Source: the human T2T-CHM13v2.0 reference genome, Homo sapiens. From it: 64,000 bases of DNA. Below the pieces are notes generated by a model. That model was not told the origin of the DNA and did no database searches. It was given only the letters and a program-made list of their open reading frames with translations. The first letter of the stretch is position 1, and the number at the start of each line of letters is the position of its first letter. The position numbers were made by a program, and so were the translations under genes. Positions 42,876 to 54,823 of the stretch are shown here, piece after piece. The stretch lies in NCBI RefSeq assembly GCF_009914755.1, contig NC_060930.1; one strand, written 5' to 3'.

Positions 42876-43358
42876 GTATGATCTAAATGTTTGTCCCCAC
42901 AAAATGCACATGTTGAAATTGAATCCCCAGTGTGACAGTATTAAAAGATGTGGCCTTTGGGAGGTGATCAAATCATGAGGGCAGCCCTCATGAATAAAAT
43001 CTATGCCCTTATAAAAGAGGCTTGAGGGAACTTCTCAGTTTTTGCCCCTTCCACCACTTGAGGACAGAGCAAGAAGATGCCATCTTTGAAACAGAAAACA
43101 GCAGGCTCTCCCAGACACTGAATCTGCTGGCATTCTTATGACCTATCATCTCTTAAACGGCTAGCTCTTCCACCTTGGGAAGGCACAGCAAGAAGAATCC
43201 ATCTATGAGGATCAGGAATGGGCTCTTACTAGACAATTAATCTGCTGGCACATTGATCTTAGACTTTCCAAACTCCAGAACTGAAGAGCAATGAAATCTG
43301 TTGTAAATTTCCCAATCCCTTAAGTATTTTGTTATGGCAGCATGAATGAACTAAGACA
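42876..43358 (+). mobile_element. MSTC/MSTD-MLT1A-type LTR with repeated middle module
   Basis: AATGTTTGTCCCCACAAAATGCACATGTTGAAA...GAACTAAGACA; module CCACC..GCAAGAAG..CCATCT..AATCTGCTGGCA occurs twice. Confidence 0.8.
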
Positions 43359-44228
43359 TTAAGAACTCTGTATTCTACATTTTAATGAAAACTATCAATA
43401 TTTATTTATTATTTAGTATTTAATCTTTAAAAAATAAGCATTCAAATTTATTTCCTAGGTTCACTGAAGATGCCTGTAAATAGTAATAATCTAATAGGAA
43501 TCAATACCTCTAATATGTAGATTCAGTTTTTCAAATATCCTTTCCTACTAAAATAAACACGAATTCTTTGGAGTAATGGATAATTCCATACTTAAGGCTT
43601 AAAATATGCTAGATCCACATGTTTTACTAAACAATAAGAAGTCCACCAAAGTAGAGTAGATGTGATGGTAAATACTGAGTGTCAACTTGATTGGATTGAA
43701 GGATGCCAATTATTAATCTTGGGTGTGTCTGTGAGGTTGTTGCTAAAAGAGATTAACATTTGAGTCGGTGGGCTGGGAAAGGCAGACCCACTCTTAATCT
43801 GGGTGGATACAATCTAATCAGCTATCAGAATGGCTAGAATATAAAGAAGGCAGAAAAACAGGAAAAAACTAGACTGGTCTAGCTTTCCAGCCTACATGTT
43901 TCTCTTGTGCTGGATGCTTCCTGCCCTCCAACATCAGACTCCAGACTCCTCAGTTTTGGAACTGAGAATGGCTTCCTTTCTCCTCAGCTTGCAAGTGGCT
44001 TATTGTGGGACCCTGTGATTGTGTGAGTTAATACTACTTAATAAACTCATAAAAAAAAATATATATATATATATGTATCTCCTATTAGTTCTGTTCCTCT
44101 AGAGAACTCTGACTAATACAGATTTTGGTACCAAGAGTGGTTCTAGAGGAACAGAATATTAAGGACGGAGTTCTTTCATTGGTTTTGAGGTTGCTGGTTT
44201 TGGCAGCTTAATATGAGTAGACCCAAAA

Positions 44229-45800
44229 ATGCTAAGGATTATACTTCTAATATTATGGAGAATATTGATAGTCCTTGGCATGAACTGTTTGATAGTTATG
44301 CAAAATAAATGCATTTGACACTGCTGATGCACTGTTCATGAGAGAAAAGGTGTTTAGTGCCTCTATACAAAATACTTTTGACTATATGTGGAGAACTAAG
44401 GATCATAATTAAGTTGGTTGGTTGTTCCTAAGTTCACTGGACAAAGTGATGAAAGAAAATTATGAATTCAGGGATTCTAACTCCTGGCTTCAGAAGCAGA
44501 TACTGAGCCTCAAATCTGTTAAGATTACCCTGAGTGAGAGTCTTATCTCCTTTAGAGAAAGAGCTGAAATTGTGGAAAAACAGACACAAGTTCTTATCAT
44601 GTAAGTGGCTGACCTGCAACAAAAGGTGCATGCACAGCTTTGCCAAGTGTCTACTGTTAAAGTGAGGGAATTGATTGGAAAAAAATGGGACCCTATAACT
44701 TGGAATGGTGATTTGTGGGAGGACCCTGATGAAGCTGGGGACACTGAGCTTGTAAACGCTGATGAACCTTTTTTGCTAGAAGAAACAGCTTCCCCATCCC
44801 CAGTAGTGGCAACATCCCCTCCCGGACCCATGCTGCCATCAACCTTTCCACTTTTGTCTGAGGAGATAAACCCTGTGCTGCCTGAAGCAACAGTGATGGC
44901 CTCCCCTGAGGCAGTTGCCAGGCAAGATAATGTTGATTCTCCTCAGGAGCCACCCTCAACACCCCTGTCTGCTTCTAGACCTATAATTAAAGTCCTGGTG
45001 GGCCCCTAAAGGTGAAGTTCATAGTGTGACCCATGAGGAGGTGTGCTACACTTGAAAAGAACTGCTTGAGTTTTCTAATTTATATAAGCAGAAATCTGGA
45101 GAACTGGCATGGAAATGGATATTAAGAGCGTGGGATAATGGTGGAAGGAACACCATTGAATCAGGCTGAATTTATTGATTTGGGCCCACGAAGTAGGGAT
45201 CCTGCATTTAATGTTGCAGCTCAGGGAGTTAAAGAAGGTTCTAATAGTTCTTTGGCTAACTGAAATATGGATTAAAATATGGCCCACTGTGAGAGAGCTG
45301 GAAATGTCTGATCTCTTTTGGTTTAATGCAGAGGAAGGGATCCAAAGGCTTAGGGAGATTAGGATGGTGGAGCAGATTAGTCACTTTAGACCTACTCATC
45401 CCAGCTAGGAGGGTCCAGAAGATATATCTTTGACAAATGCTTTGTGAAATAGATTTGTGAAGGCAGCACCTGCATCTTTGAAGAGTCCTGCAATTACTCT
45501 TCTCTGGATATCACATCTAACAGTGGAAACCATAGTCACTCAACTATAAAATTTAAATAAAATGGGAATAATTGGATCCCGAGGTAGCAGGGGCCAAGTG
45601 GCAGCACTCAACCATCAAAGATAAGGTGGACATAGCTACCATAATGGACAGCAGAGGCAAAGCAGCAATCAGAATAGTCTGACTTGTGTAGAACTCTGGC
45701 ATTGGCTAATTAATCACGGTGTTCCTAGAAGTGAAATTGATAGGAGGCCTACTGCATTCCTACTTAATTTATATAAGCAGAAACTTTAAGGTTGAATGGA
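44229..45800 (+). pseudogene. gag: HERV-L gag remnant
   Basis: ADLQQKVHAQLCQVSTVKVRELIGKKWDPITWNGDLWEDPDEAGD is typical ERVL Gag; many stops and frameshifts. Confidence 0.85.
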
Positions 45801-46129
45801 TAAAAGACTAATTTGTATTATAAAAACAGAGAATCACAGCCCCTCAATCAATATCCTCATTTGGGTGTGTTACTCCAGCCCATTTATTGAGTGACCCGGA
45901 CTATCAGGAATGGACAAAAGACTAATTTGAATTATAAAAACAGAGAATCACAGCCTCTCAATCAATTTCCAGACTTGAGCAAGTTTACAGACCCAGAACT
46001 CATTAAGTGAAGGGGAGGCTGGGTCCCCTTAAGGAAGGACCCCACTGTACTACCAACAATTTATGATGTTAATCTTTCTCCTGTCTTTCCCCAAGGAGAT
46101 CCCCAGCATTCTACCAGGATAACTGCATT

Positions 46130-47250
46130 GAGGAAAGGGAAATGATGAGAAATTTAAGGGACTACTCGACCCTGGAGCTAAGCTGATATTGATTCCAGGG
46201 GACCCAAAACATTATTGTGGGCTTCCAGTTAATGTAGGGGCTTATGGAGGTCAGCAAGTAATGGAGTTTTAGCTCAGGTCTAATGTCCAGTGGGTCCAGT
46301 GGGTCCTCCTGGGACTCATCCTGTGGTCATTTCCCTAGTGCCAGAATGCGTAATTGACATAGACATACTTAGCAGCTGGCAGAACCCCCACGTAGGCTCT
46401 ATGATTGGTAGAGTGAGGGCTATTATAGTGGGAAAGGCCAAATGGAAGCTATCAGAGCTGCCTCTACCTAGAAAAATAGTAAGTCAAATACAATATAGTA
46501 TCACTGGAGGGATTGCAGAGATTAGTGCCACCATCAAGGACTTGAATGATGCACGGGTGGTATTCCCACCACATCTGCATTCAACTCTCCTATTTGGCCT
46601 GTGCAGAAGACAGATGGATCTTGGAGAATGACAGTAGATTATCATAAGCTTAACCAAGTGGTGACTCCAATTATAGCTCCTATACCAGATGTGATTTCAT
46701 TGCTTGAGCAAATCAACACAGCTCCTAGTACCTGGTATGCAGCCATTGCGTTGGCAAATGTCTTTTTCTCCATTCATATCCATAAAGCCCACCAGAAGCA
46801 ATTTGCCTTCAGCTAGCCAGGTCAGCAATATATTTTTACTGTCCTACCTCAGGGGTATTATCACCTCTCCGGCTTTGTGTCATAATCTTATTCACTTTTC
46901 ACTTCCATAAGATATCAAACTGGTCCAATACATTGATGACATTATGCTGACTGGATCTAGTGAGCAAGAAGTAGCAAACATACTAGACTTATTGGTGAGA
47001 CATTTTTGTGCCAGAAGGTAGGAAATAAATCCCACTAAATTCCAGGGAACTTCTACTTCAATAAAATTTTTAGGGGTCCAGTGGTGTGGGGACTGTTGAG
47101 ATATTCCTTTTATGGTGAAGGATAAGTTGCTGCATTTGACCCCTCCTACAATCAAGAAAGAGGCACAATGGCTAGTGGGCCTGTCTGGATTTTGGAAGCA
47201 ACACACTCCTCATTTGGGTGTGTTACTCCAGCCCCTTTATTGAGTGACTT
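46130..47250 (+). pseudogene. pol: HERV-L protease + reverse transcriptase remnant
   Basis: Protease-like LLDPGA (GGACTACTCGACCCTGGA); [22 protein letters not shown]; YIDD motif TAC ATT GAT GAC at 46929-46940; disrupted and truncated before RNase H/integrase. Confidence 0.88.
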
Positions 47251-48292
47251 GGACTATCCAGATGAAATCAGTCTACTACTCCACAACAGAAGTAAAGAGT
47301 ATGCATGGAATACAGGAGATCCATTAGGACATCTCTAAGTATTACTATGCCCTGTGATTAAGGTCAATGGGAAACTACAACAGCCCAATCCAGGCAAGAC
47401 CACAAATGGCACAGACCATTCCGGAATGAAGGTTTGGGCCACTCTACCGGGAAAAAAAAAAAAAAAAAACAGAACCGGCTGAGGTGCTTGCTGAAGGCAA
47501 AGGGAATACAGAATGGGTAGTAGAAGAAGGTAGTCAGCAATACCAGGTATGACCACATGACCATCTGCAGAAATGAGGACCATAATTGTCATGAGTATTT
47601 CCTCCTTTTCTTAAAAACGTGTTTGTGCATGTATACACTTGTATTAACAAAATATACTTTATTTCCTTTTCCCTTTTTCATGTGATGCAAGATTTATTGA
47701 CTTCATGTCAGCATTTAAGTATTGTTAACTTTATGTAATAGTATTTGGGTTGGGGATTGGTGTGTTTCCAGTTGTACAAAGTATAGTTGTATTATGTTAG
47801 GCATAATAATGACCTTATTATTGTCTTTATTAGAAGATTATGTATGATCTCCGGAGATGCGTGTGGGTTCAAGTTGACAAGGGGTGGACTTGTGATGGTT
47901 AAAACTGAATGTCAACTTGATTGGATTGAAGGATACAAAGTATTGAAGGATACAAAGTATTGTTCCTGGGTGTGTCTGTGAGGGTGTTGCCAGAGGAGAT
48001 TAACATTTGAGTCAGTGGGCTGGCAAAGGCAGACCACCCTTAATCTGGGTGGGCAACATCTAATCAGCTCCAGTGTGACTAGAATATAAAGCAGACAGAA
48101 AAATGTGAAAAGGCTAGACTGGCCTAGTCTCACAGCCTACATCTTTCTCTTGTGCTGGATGCTTCAAACCCTCAAACATCGAACTCAAAGTTCTGCTTTG
48201 GAACTTGGACTGGCTTCCTTGCTCCTCAGCTTGCAGATGACCTATTGTGGGGCCTTGTGATCATGTGAGTTAATACTACTTAAAAAACTCCC

Positions 48293-48382
48293 ATATATAT
48301 ATACACATATATGCACACACACACATATGTGTGCATATATGTGTATATATATGTGTATGTATATTAGGATATTATATAATAG

Positions 48383-48413
<31 letters not shown>

Positions 48414-48420
48414 TTATATA
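48293..48420. repeat. Compound (TA)/(CA)/(TG) microsatellite within the 3' MLT2A1 LTR
   Basis: Much longer than the equivalent tract in the 5' LTR (44059-44077). Confidence 0.9.
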
Positions 48421-48989
48421 TCTCCTATTATTTCTGTCCCTCTAGAGAACCCCAACTAATACAGTAGGGTTCTATCTAAAGATTCAAGTGCAATTTGAAC
48501 CATTTCCAACTGGCCAAAGTTGGGACACTTTGAGTAATAATGATAATAATTGCAATGCATTGAAGTATCAAATATATTTTAACTCTTTAATTCATTATAA
48601 TAATCAAAAAGAAAAGTCATTGTTAATGGATATCAATAAAATAATTCATTAGTTTGAAAAGTAGAAAATTAAGGACAGAATTTAGGTATTTATTTTGACT
48701 CCTCTATACTAATTGTACATAGCCAAGGAAGGAAATTATTTTATAGAAATATTTCAGTAATAAATAAAGCAAGGCCAGTTTTAGGATATCACTTTTTCAC
48801 AGGTACTAATAAATGAATTGATATAGAAACTGAGTATCAATTATCACAAAAATGATACTGACATATGATACTTGTCATATGACAGAAAATCAAATCTCCA
48901 TTTTTGATAATTTTTTGACAAAAATGTTGAATCTAAATTTTATTACTATTTGAGATCCAACCACTAACTTATAAGAAATACACAGGATG

Positions 48990-49131
48990 GAAGAACATGC
49001 AGTAAGATACTACAGGGATAAAATCAGCAAAATCCAGACTTTGCAACACTCTTCAGAACAGAAGAAGATGTAATACGATACTACAGGGATAAAATCAGCA
49101 AAATCCAGACTTTGCAACACTCTTCAGAACA
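48990..49131. repeat. 71-bp tandem duplication
   Basis: 49006-49060 identical to 49077-49131; the first 16 bp of each unit differ at 4 positions. Confidence 0.95.
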
Positions 49132-49710
49132 AAAGACAAATAATCTTTAACAATATATTGAAAAGGAAAAAATTACAGAAGATAAGACCTACAATATAAA
49201 AGAAAATTAAGGGTTATATTAACCAATTTCAATACATGTAATTTGTTTGTATCTTGACTCAACAAGAAAAATAATGATGTATATGTAACAACTGAAAATA
49301 TGAACACTGAAATTAAGAAATTATTGTTAAAATTTTTAGGATGACATTTGTGATTTTGTTAAAATAGTAATTTAGTACCTATATTTAATGATATATATAG
49401 AAATATTTAGAGATGAATTCATATACTTACTTCAAGACAATATGCAGGGTGGAGGTGGAATGGGAAAGAGAAATTGGTAAAGGTATAGCTCAAATAAGAT
49501 TGACCAAGAGTTGACAATTATTGAAGCAGAGTTGTTGGTTCTTGGGAATTCCCCATTCTGCTGAATGTATTTTTTATATTTTTGTATGTTTGCTATTTTT
49601 CATTAAAAACATGACGAACTGATAAATTGAAGGCAAATGATAAGGTGCATTTTGATAAATGTTCATAGATAACTGCATTACATACTATATAAAAACATGT
49701 TACGGTATTT

Positions 49711-49812
49711 ATGGCATGCCTATCTTCCCAGCTACTCAGGGGACTGAGGCAGGAGGACTGCTTGAGCCCATGAGTTGGAGACTGCAGTGAGCTATGATCA
49801 CGAGACTGCATC
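49711..49812 (+). mobile_element. FRAM/AluJ monomer fragment
   Basis: CCCAGCTACTCAGGGGACTGAGGCAGGAGGACTGCTTGAGCCCATGAGTTGGAGACTGCAGTGAGCTATGATC. Confidence 0.8.
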
Positions 49813-50899
49813 ATGTTAGCCAATGTGAGTGATTATGACCAATGCACCTACTGAAAAGCAATTTTGCAGGGGAAAAATGATAGTGGAGATTGTGACATTC
49901 AGGCTACAGGATATTAAATAGGTAGGAAAGTTCTGAAATAAATATTTTTTGTCATGAAATGTGTCTGCCTTGTGTATTTCTCACTATGGCCCTAGCACAG
50001 TGACTGTTGTATATTAAACCCTAAGTAAATATTTTTTAAACTACACAATTGACTATATCCTAAATCAAACAAAATAGAAATCCCAACAAAAATAATTTAG
50101 TAAACCTAAAGGGGATCAATCATAATGAGAATAATATTATCCCCATATTACTGGTAATGTAAATTCTAACAGGCTCTATAGAAATTAAATTAATTTGCAG
50201 AAATAGAGATTTAGAGTACATTAAGGGGGTAGATATATTGCATTAAGGGGATACAGATTTTCAGGGTATCTTTTTTCTCCCTATCACTTACAAATTAGAG
50301 GCATCAACCTCTGGGGCAGAGAAGCTCAAATTTCTCATATATAAGTGAGGGCAACAATTATAAGAAAACTCGGAAGATAAAAGTTCACTTCGCAGATTAA
50401 ATTTGTATTTACTGAATATGATTAAAATATTAAAGAATGACCATATCAAATTTCAACTTTTTCTATAATTTTATAGAGTGCTAAAATTGTATCATCTATT
50501 CAAGCATTGTTTCACATACATGTATTGTCAGAGAGTGTTTTCAGTGTCAGAGATTCAGTAATTACTAAAGAACACACTTTATTTTGAATAGCTGGTACTG
50601 AAAGGGAGAAGGCTAATAAATACGCAGAAAATTACAGAACAATGTGGTGATTTATGATAAAGATATGCAGATAGCAGCAGACAAGAGAAAATGAGCCTCA
50701 TTCAGGAAGGGAGTTGAGGGAATACAGGGCATTCCAGGCATAGAACTTAATGAGGAAAAGGTCTGGAGTGGAGGTAAGGTAGGGTGGCTAGAGAGGGGGA
50801 GGAGGATAATAATATGACAATACACAATCCTTTTATCACCAGTAGATAAAATATGATACAAGTAATCATATCCAATTCAACCTACAGAGTTATTGTATT

Positions 50900-51075
50900 G
50901 ATATTAAAAATTTATGTCATTTCCACTAGCTATAAACGCTCCTTCAGAACAAGGACTGACGATTTTGCTCACCATTATACTCTTGGCATCTAACACATTT
51001 TCTAGCCCATAATATGTGGAAGGGGAAAATTTGTTAAATAGAGAAACAGACAGATAAACAGATGAATGAATGAAT
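50900..51075 (+). mobile_element. L2 3' end
   Basis: CCACTAGCTATAAACGCTCC...GGCATCTAACACA...ATGAATGAATGAATG tail. Confidence 0.6.
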
Positions 51076-51339
51076 GGCTTGTTATTTTCAATGAGATTTC
51101 AGCAAGCATTTATGGATATTAAAGTTTACCCTTCTTTTGGATTAACCCTTAGCATAGAGCCCTTGAAGTTTAAATATTTCAAAATGGCTTTGAAAACATT
51201 CACAAACATTTTAAGGCATAGCCAAGTGGTAGCAGCTGCAAACAAGCAGCTGTAACTAAGTAGAACTTTTTCAGCGACTGCCCAGTCATGGCTTGCCTCT
51301 GCAAGCCTGGCCTCCTTTGTAGACCAGGAGGACTTTCGT

Positions 51340-51720
51340 GTGTGTGTTCACGCATTTATTCCGTAAGTACCTATTCAGTGCCTGCTATGTGCTGGCACTA
51401 TTCTAAACACTGGAGATATGGAAACAATTTGTACACACATGCACATGTAAACCTGCCCTCACAGAGCATTCATCTGAGTCGGGGAGACAGATAATTAGTA
51501 AAACATAAAGTATTTCAGCTGGCAATAAGAGCTATGGACAAAAATTAAGGAAAGAAGGGACAGGGAGAGTGACGGTGAACCACAGGCCATTGAGCTACAT
51601 TGGGAGGAGATGCCCTGTGAGGGAAGGGACGACCTGCTGCACTTTTTGAATACTGACATAAACATGAACTAAGGGCATGAGATTTACCCTTTTGGCTCAA
51701 GGCAGTTTTGGCAAGGCAAG
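51340..51720 (-). mobile_element. L2 3' region
   Basis: GTGCCTGCTATGTGCTGGCACTATTCTAAACACTGGAGATA...CCTGCCCTCACAGAGC. Confidence 0.7.
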
Positions 51721-52058
51721 GTGAAGGTGGAGAGACAGGGTTGCTTGGACCATGTGGTACACACTCCGGGTGTTGAAGTGAGAGGGACAATCTTACCTGG
51801 AACCCTTCACGACTTCAGCCACATTCCAACTGCTTCCATGCTTTTTTGGAGGGGTGGGTGAGCAGGCAGACTCCAGACACATGCCTGCCTAGTAATTATA
51901 TTAAGCTCAATATTCTAATCATATATCCTTTTTCAAATAGTTATAAGACATCAATACATCCAAAGACAATGATTTTAACAAGAACTATTTTGAGATACAC
52001 TAATAGGGACCACTGCCTTTCAGATCAATGAATTAATTACATTGATTAAAATCTTACA

Positions 52059-52370
<312 letters not shown>

Positions 52371-53220
52371 TTAATTTTCATTATCCCAAAGCCCTATTAG
52401 TTAATTAATGTGATTCTGTTTTGATCTCTAACATCTTCTTATAAATTTTAGGGTAAATACCACATCTTTATTAAAAAGAGACATACATGTACTCTGAGCA
52501 TATGAGTCAATACAGAACTAAAGATGAAGCAAAAAGTGATTTCGCAGATTCCCAATAGTGTCAGGATTCTAGGGGATGTCAGCTTTTATATGGACACTGT
52601 AGAAGCAAATTAAGCAACAAATTAGAGTATCTGTCTTATTCTTCTTGACTCTTTGACAAGCAGACAATAAAGATGCAGTTTATAAAAAGAAATTTCAGAA
52701 TAAAATAATAAGCGTCCATTTCAAAAGGAAAAAGAAATGCTGAGAAACTTCCTTGTATAAAGCAGAATAAATGGTACCCTGAAACCTACAATCTGGATTA
52801 GAAGAAAAGATTTCACTCTATGCAATTTAATAGCATTGCAAAACAACAACCTCAGACCTGTCCCTTGAGGCAGTACATGATTAAGTGTCAAATGAGAGGC
52901 GCAAGTAACTCAAGTATCAGTTTACAGATAAAGAAGAGCTTATTTGGATTTACAATGTTTAGGGTAGGTTTGAGAAGAAGGTTAGATACTTGAACAAGGA
53001 TGGATGGAGAGAAATGGAAGAGGGAATTCCAAGTGGGGTGAACATATTGTGAAGAAATAGGAAAGTGAAAAATTAGTCTTCTTTCAAATTTATTCTCAAA
53101 GTGGGGGCAGGGTTGGAGGTATTGCAGCAAGAACACAGTAGGATAGGAACAAGGCATTAAATTTGTGTGAGTATAGCTACAGAATTCTTAGTGATCTTAA
53201 AAGATGGAAAGGAACCATTC

Positions 53221-53568
53221 TGTGTTAGTCCATTCTCGCACTGCTATAAAGAACTACCTGAGACTGGTAGTTCTCCAAGCTTTATAGGAAGCATGGCTGA
53301 GGAGGCCTCAGGAAACTTTAAATCATGGCAGAAGGCAAAGGGGAAGAAGGCACATCTCACATGGCTGAAGCAAGGGGAAGCCAGCAAGAGGGGAGGTGCT
53401 ACACACTTTTAAACAACCAGATCTCATGAGAACTCTATCATGAGAACAGCACCAAAGGGGAAAATTTACCTCCATGATCCAATCACCTCTCACCAGGCCC
53501 CACCTCAAACACTGGGGATTACAACTTGACATGAGATTTGGGTGGGGACACAAATCCAAGCCATATCA
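53221..53568 (-). mobile_element. MSTA/MSTB solo LTR
   Basis: TGTGTTAGTCCATTCTCGCACTGCTATAAAG...CAAATCCAAGCCATATCA; TSD CATTC at 53216-53220 and 53569-53573. Confidence 0.93.
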
Positions 53569-54339
53569 CATTCCTTACCTAAAATAAGTTTCCTTCCTTC
53601 CTTCTTTTTTTTTTCTTTCTGTTTTTCAACATGACCAAATCAAGCTTTGGACAAGGAATAGGCACAATGTCTCTGCCGCACTGAGAAAAACCAATACCCT
53701 TTCTGTTCTTTATAATTTTAAATACAGCCAGAAGAAAGAGTCATGCTCTCAGGTCTTGCTAACAGGCCACTGTATAAGCCTTCTTGGAAGTACATTGTAC
53801 TTCCAGAGCTGCAGAGCTACTAAGCCTGTGAAGTACTCAAGGACTTTTTTTTTCTCCCTGAACTGTGCTTATGAATGAGGAAAGTGTGGCTCACATGCCG
53901 TACTTGTCTTCATCCTCCCAAGAGAGAAGCTAAGGTCTTAAATAACAATTAAAAACATAGAACTTACTCATTTCTTCAGGAAAATGAGAAACCACAGACT
54001 GTACTCTGACTTATCAAAGAATCTTTTTGAAGACTAAAAGTCTCTGAGCGGGAAGAGGATAAAAGGAAGCTGTAGCATTATTCAGACTTCTCTTTTGTTC
54101 AAGTTTTATGTAACAACTAGAAGCACCCAACAAATTTTAGATCCAGCTTGTGTATAGTATAATTTTAGCTGAAAATCATATTTTGAGCTATTTGTAAGGT
54201 TAAAAATTTCCAATTTGTTTTGATAATTGAAAGACATAGTTATTAAAACTTATCAAGAATTATGCCGAGACACATGAAAATTTACTACGCCAGCAATGGT
54301 TAAGCTGGTTTTCATTAAAAACAAGATATTATAATATTA

Positions 54340-54540
54340 ATATGAGTTTTTACTGTGTATTACAACTTTGCATATATTATCTCTCTTGAAGTTCACAACT
54401 TCTACTTTTTGAAGTAGGAGTCATTGTAGGGAAAGTGAGGCTTAAAGAGGCTGAACTAAGTTGCCCAAGGACACCGGGGCTAATCAGTGGTTGAGGAAGA
54501 ATCCAGACCTAAGTGGTTTTGCTCCAGCATTGTTCCCCAC
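54340..54540 (-). mobile_element. MIR
   Basis: GGGAAAGTGAGGCTTAAAGAGGCTGAACTAAGTTGCCCAAGGACAC. Confidence 0.7.
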
Positions 54541-54807
54541 TAAACTCCACTGCCTTCCTTCCCATTAGGAGCTCTTATACGAATGGGAACGTTCCTAATT
54601 CTCTTAATTTGTATTTCTTGACACTGTTGCTTTGTGCCTTCTCCCATCAAGTAATATTGGTGTCCATCTGCTTGAGATAACAGAATAGAGTCTAGGAATC
54701 GGTCACCATAAAAGGTTATGGAAACAAGTCCCAGAGCCAATGCAAGGAGCTCTTTCTGGAGGAGGCTGAGTGTGGAGATGAGGGGTCGTTCCTCAGGACC
54801 TGACCAA

Positions 54808-54823
54808 CACACCAGAGGGCGCA
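54808..54823 (+). promoter_or_regulatory. Putative CTCF binding motif
   Basis: ACACCAGAGGGCGC versus core CCACCAGRGGGCGC (one mismatch), in unique sequence with the CpG retained. Confidence 0.5.

Larger units (their letters stand above)
43661..48463 (+). mobile_element. HERV-L provirus, internally deleted, flanked by MLT2A1 LTRs
   Basis: LTRs 43661-44120 and 47891-48463 (TGTGATGG...CTAATACA); PBS TGGTACCAAGAGTGG; PPT AAGGGGTGGACT; TSD GTAGA / GTAGG; internal region ~3.8 kb. Confidence 0.96.
42780..49600 (+). mobile_element. L1MC-like 3' region hosting the MST/MLT1 LTR and HERV-L insertions
   Basis: L1MC 3'UTR-like text on both sides of the inserts (GTGGGAGAAAGGAGAGACAT; CAACTGGCCAAAGTTGGGACA; AATCAGCAAAATCCAGACT; GAGTTGACAATTATTGAAGC). 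Boundaries approximate. Confidence 0.65.

Noticed and set aside
45794-45966. Repeat-spacer-repeat layout resembling a CRISPR unit with a self-matching spacer
   Set aside because: Only two repeats, both HERV-L sequence, in primate DNA with no cas genes; better explained as a templated insertion.
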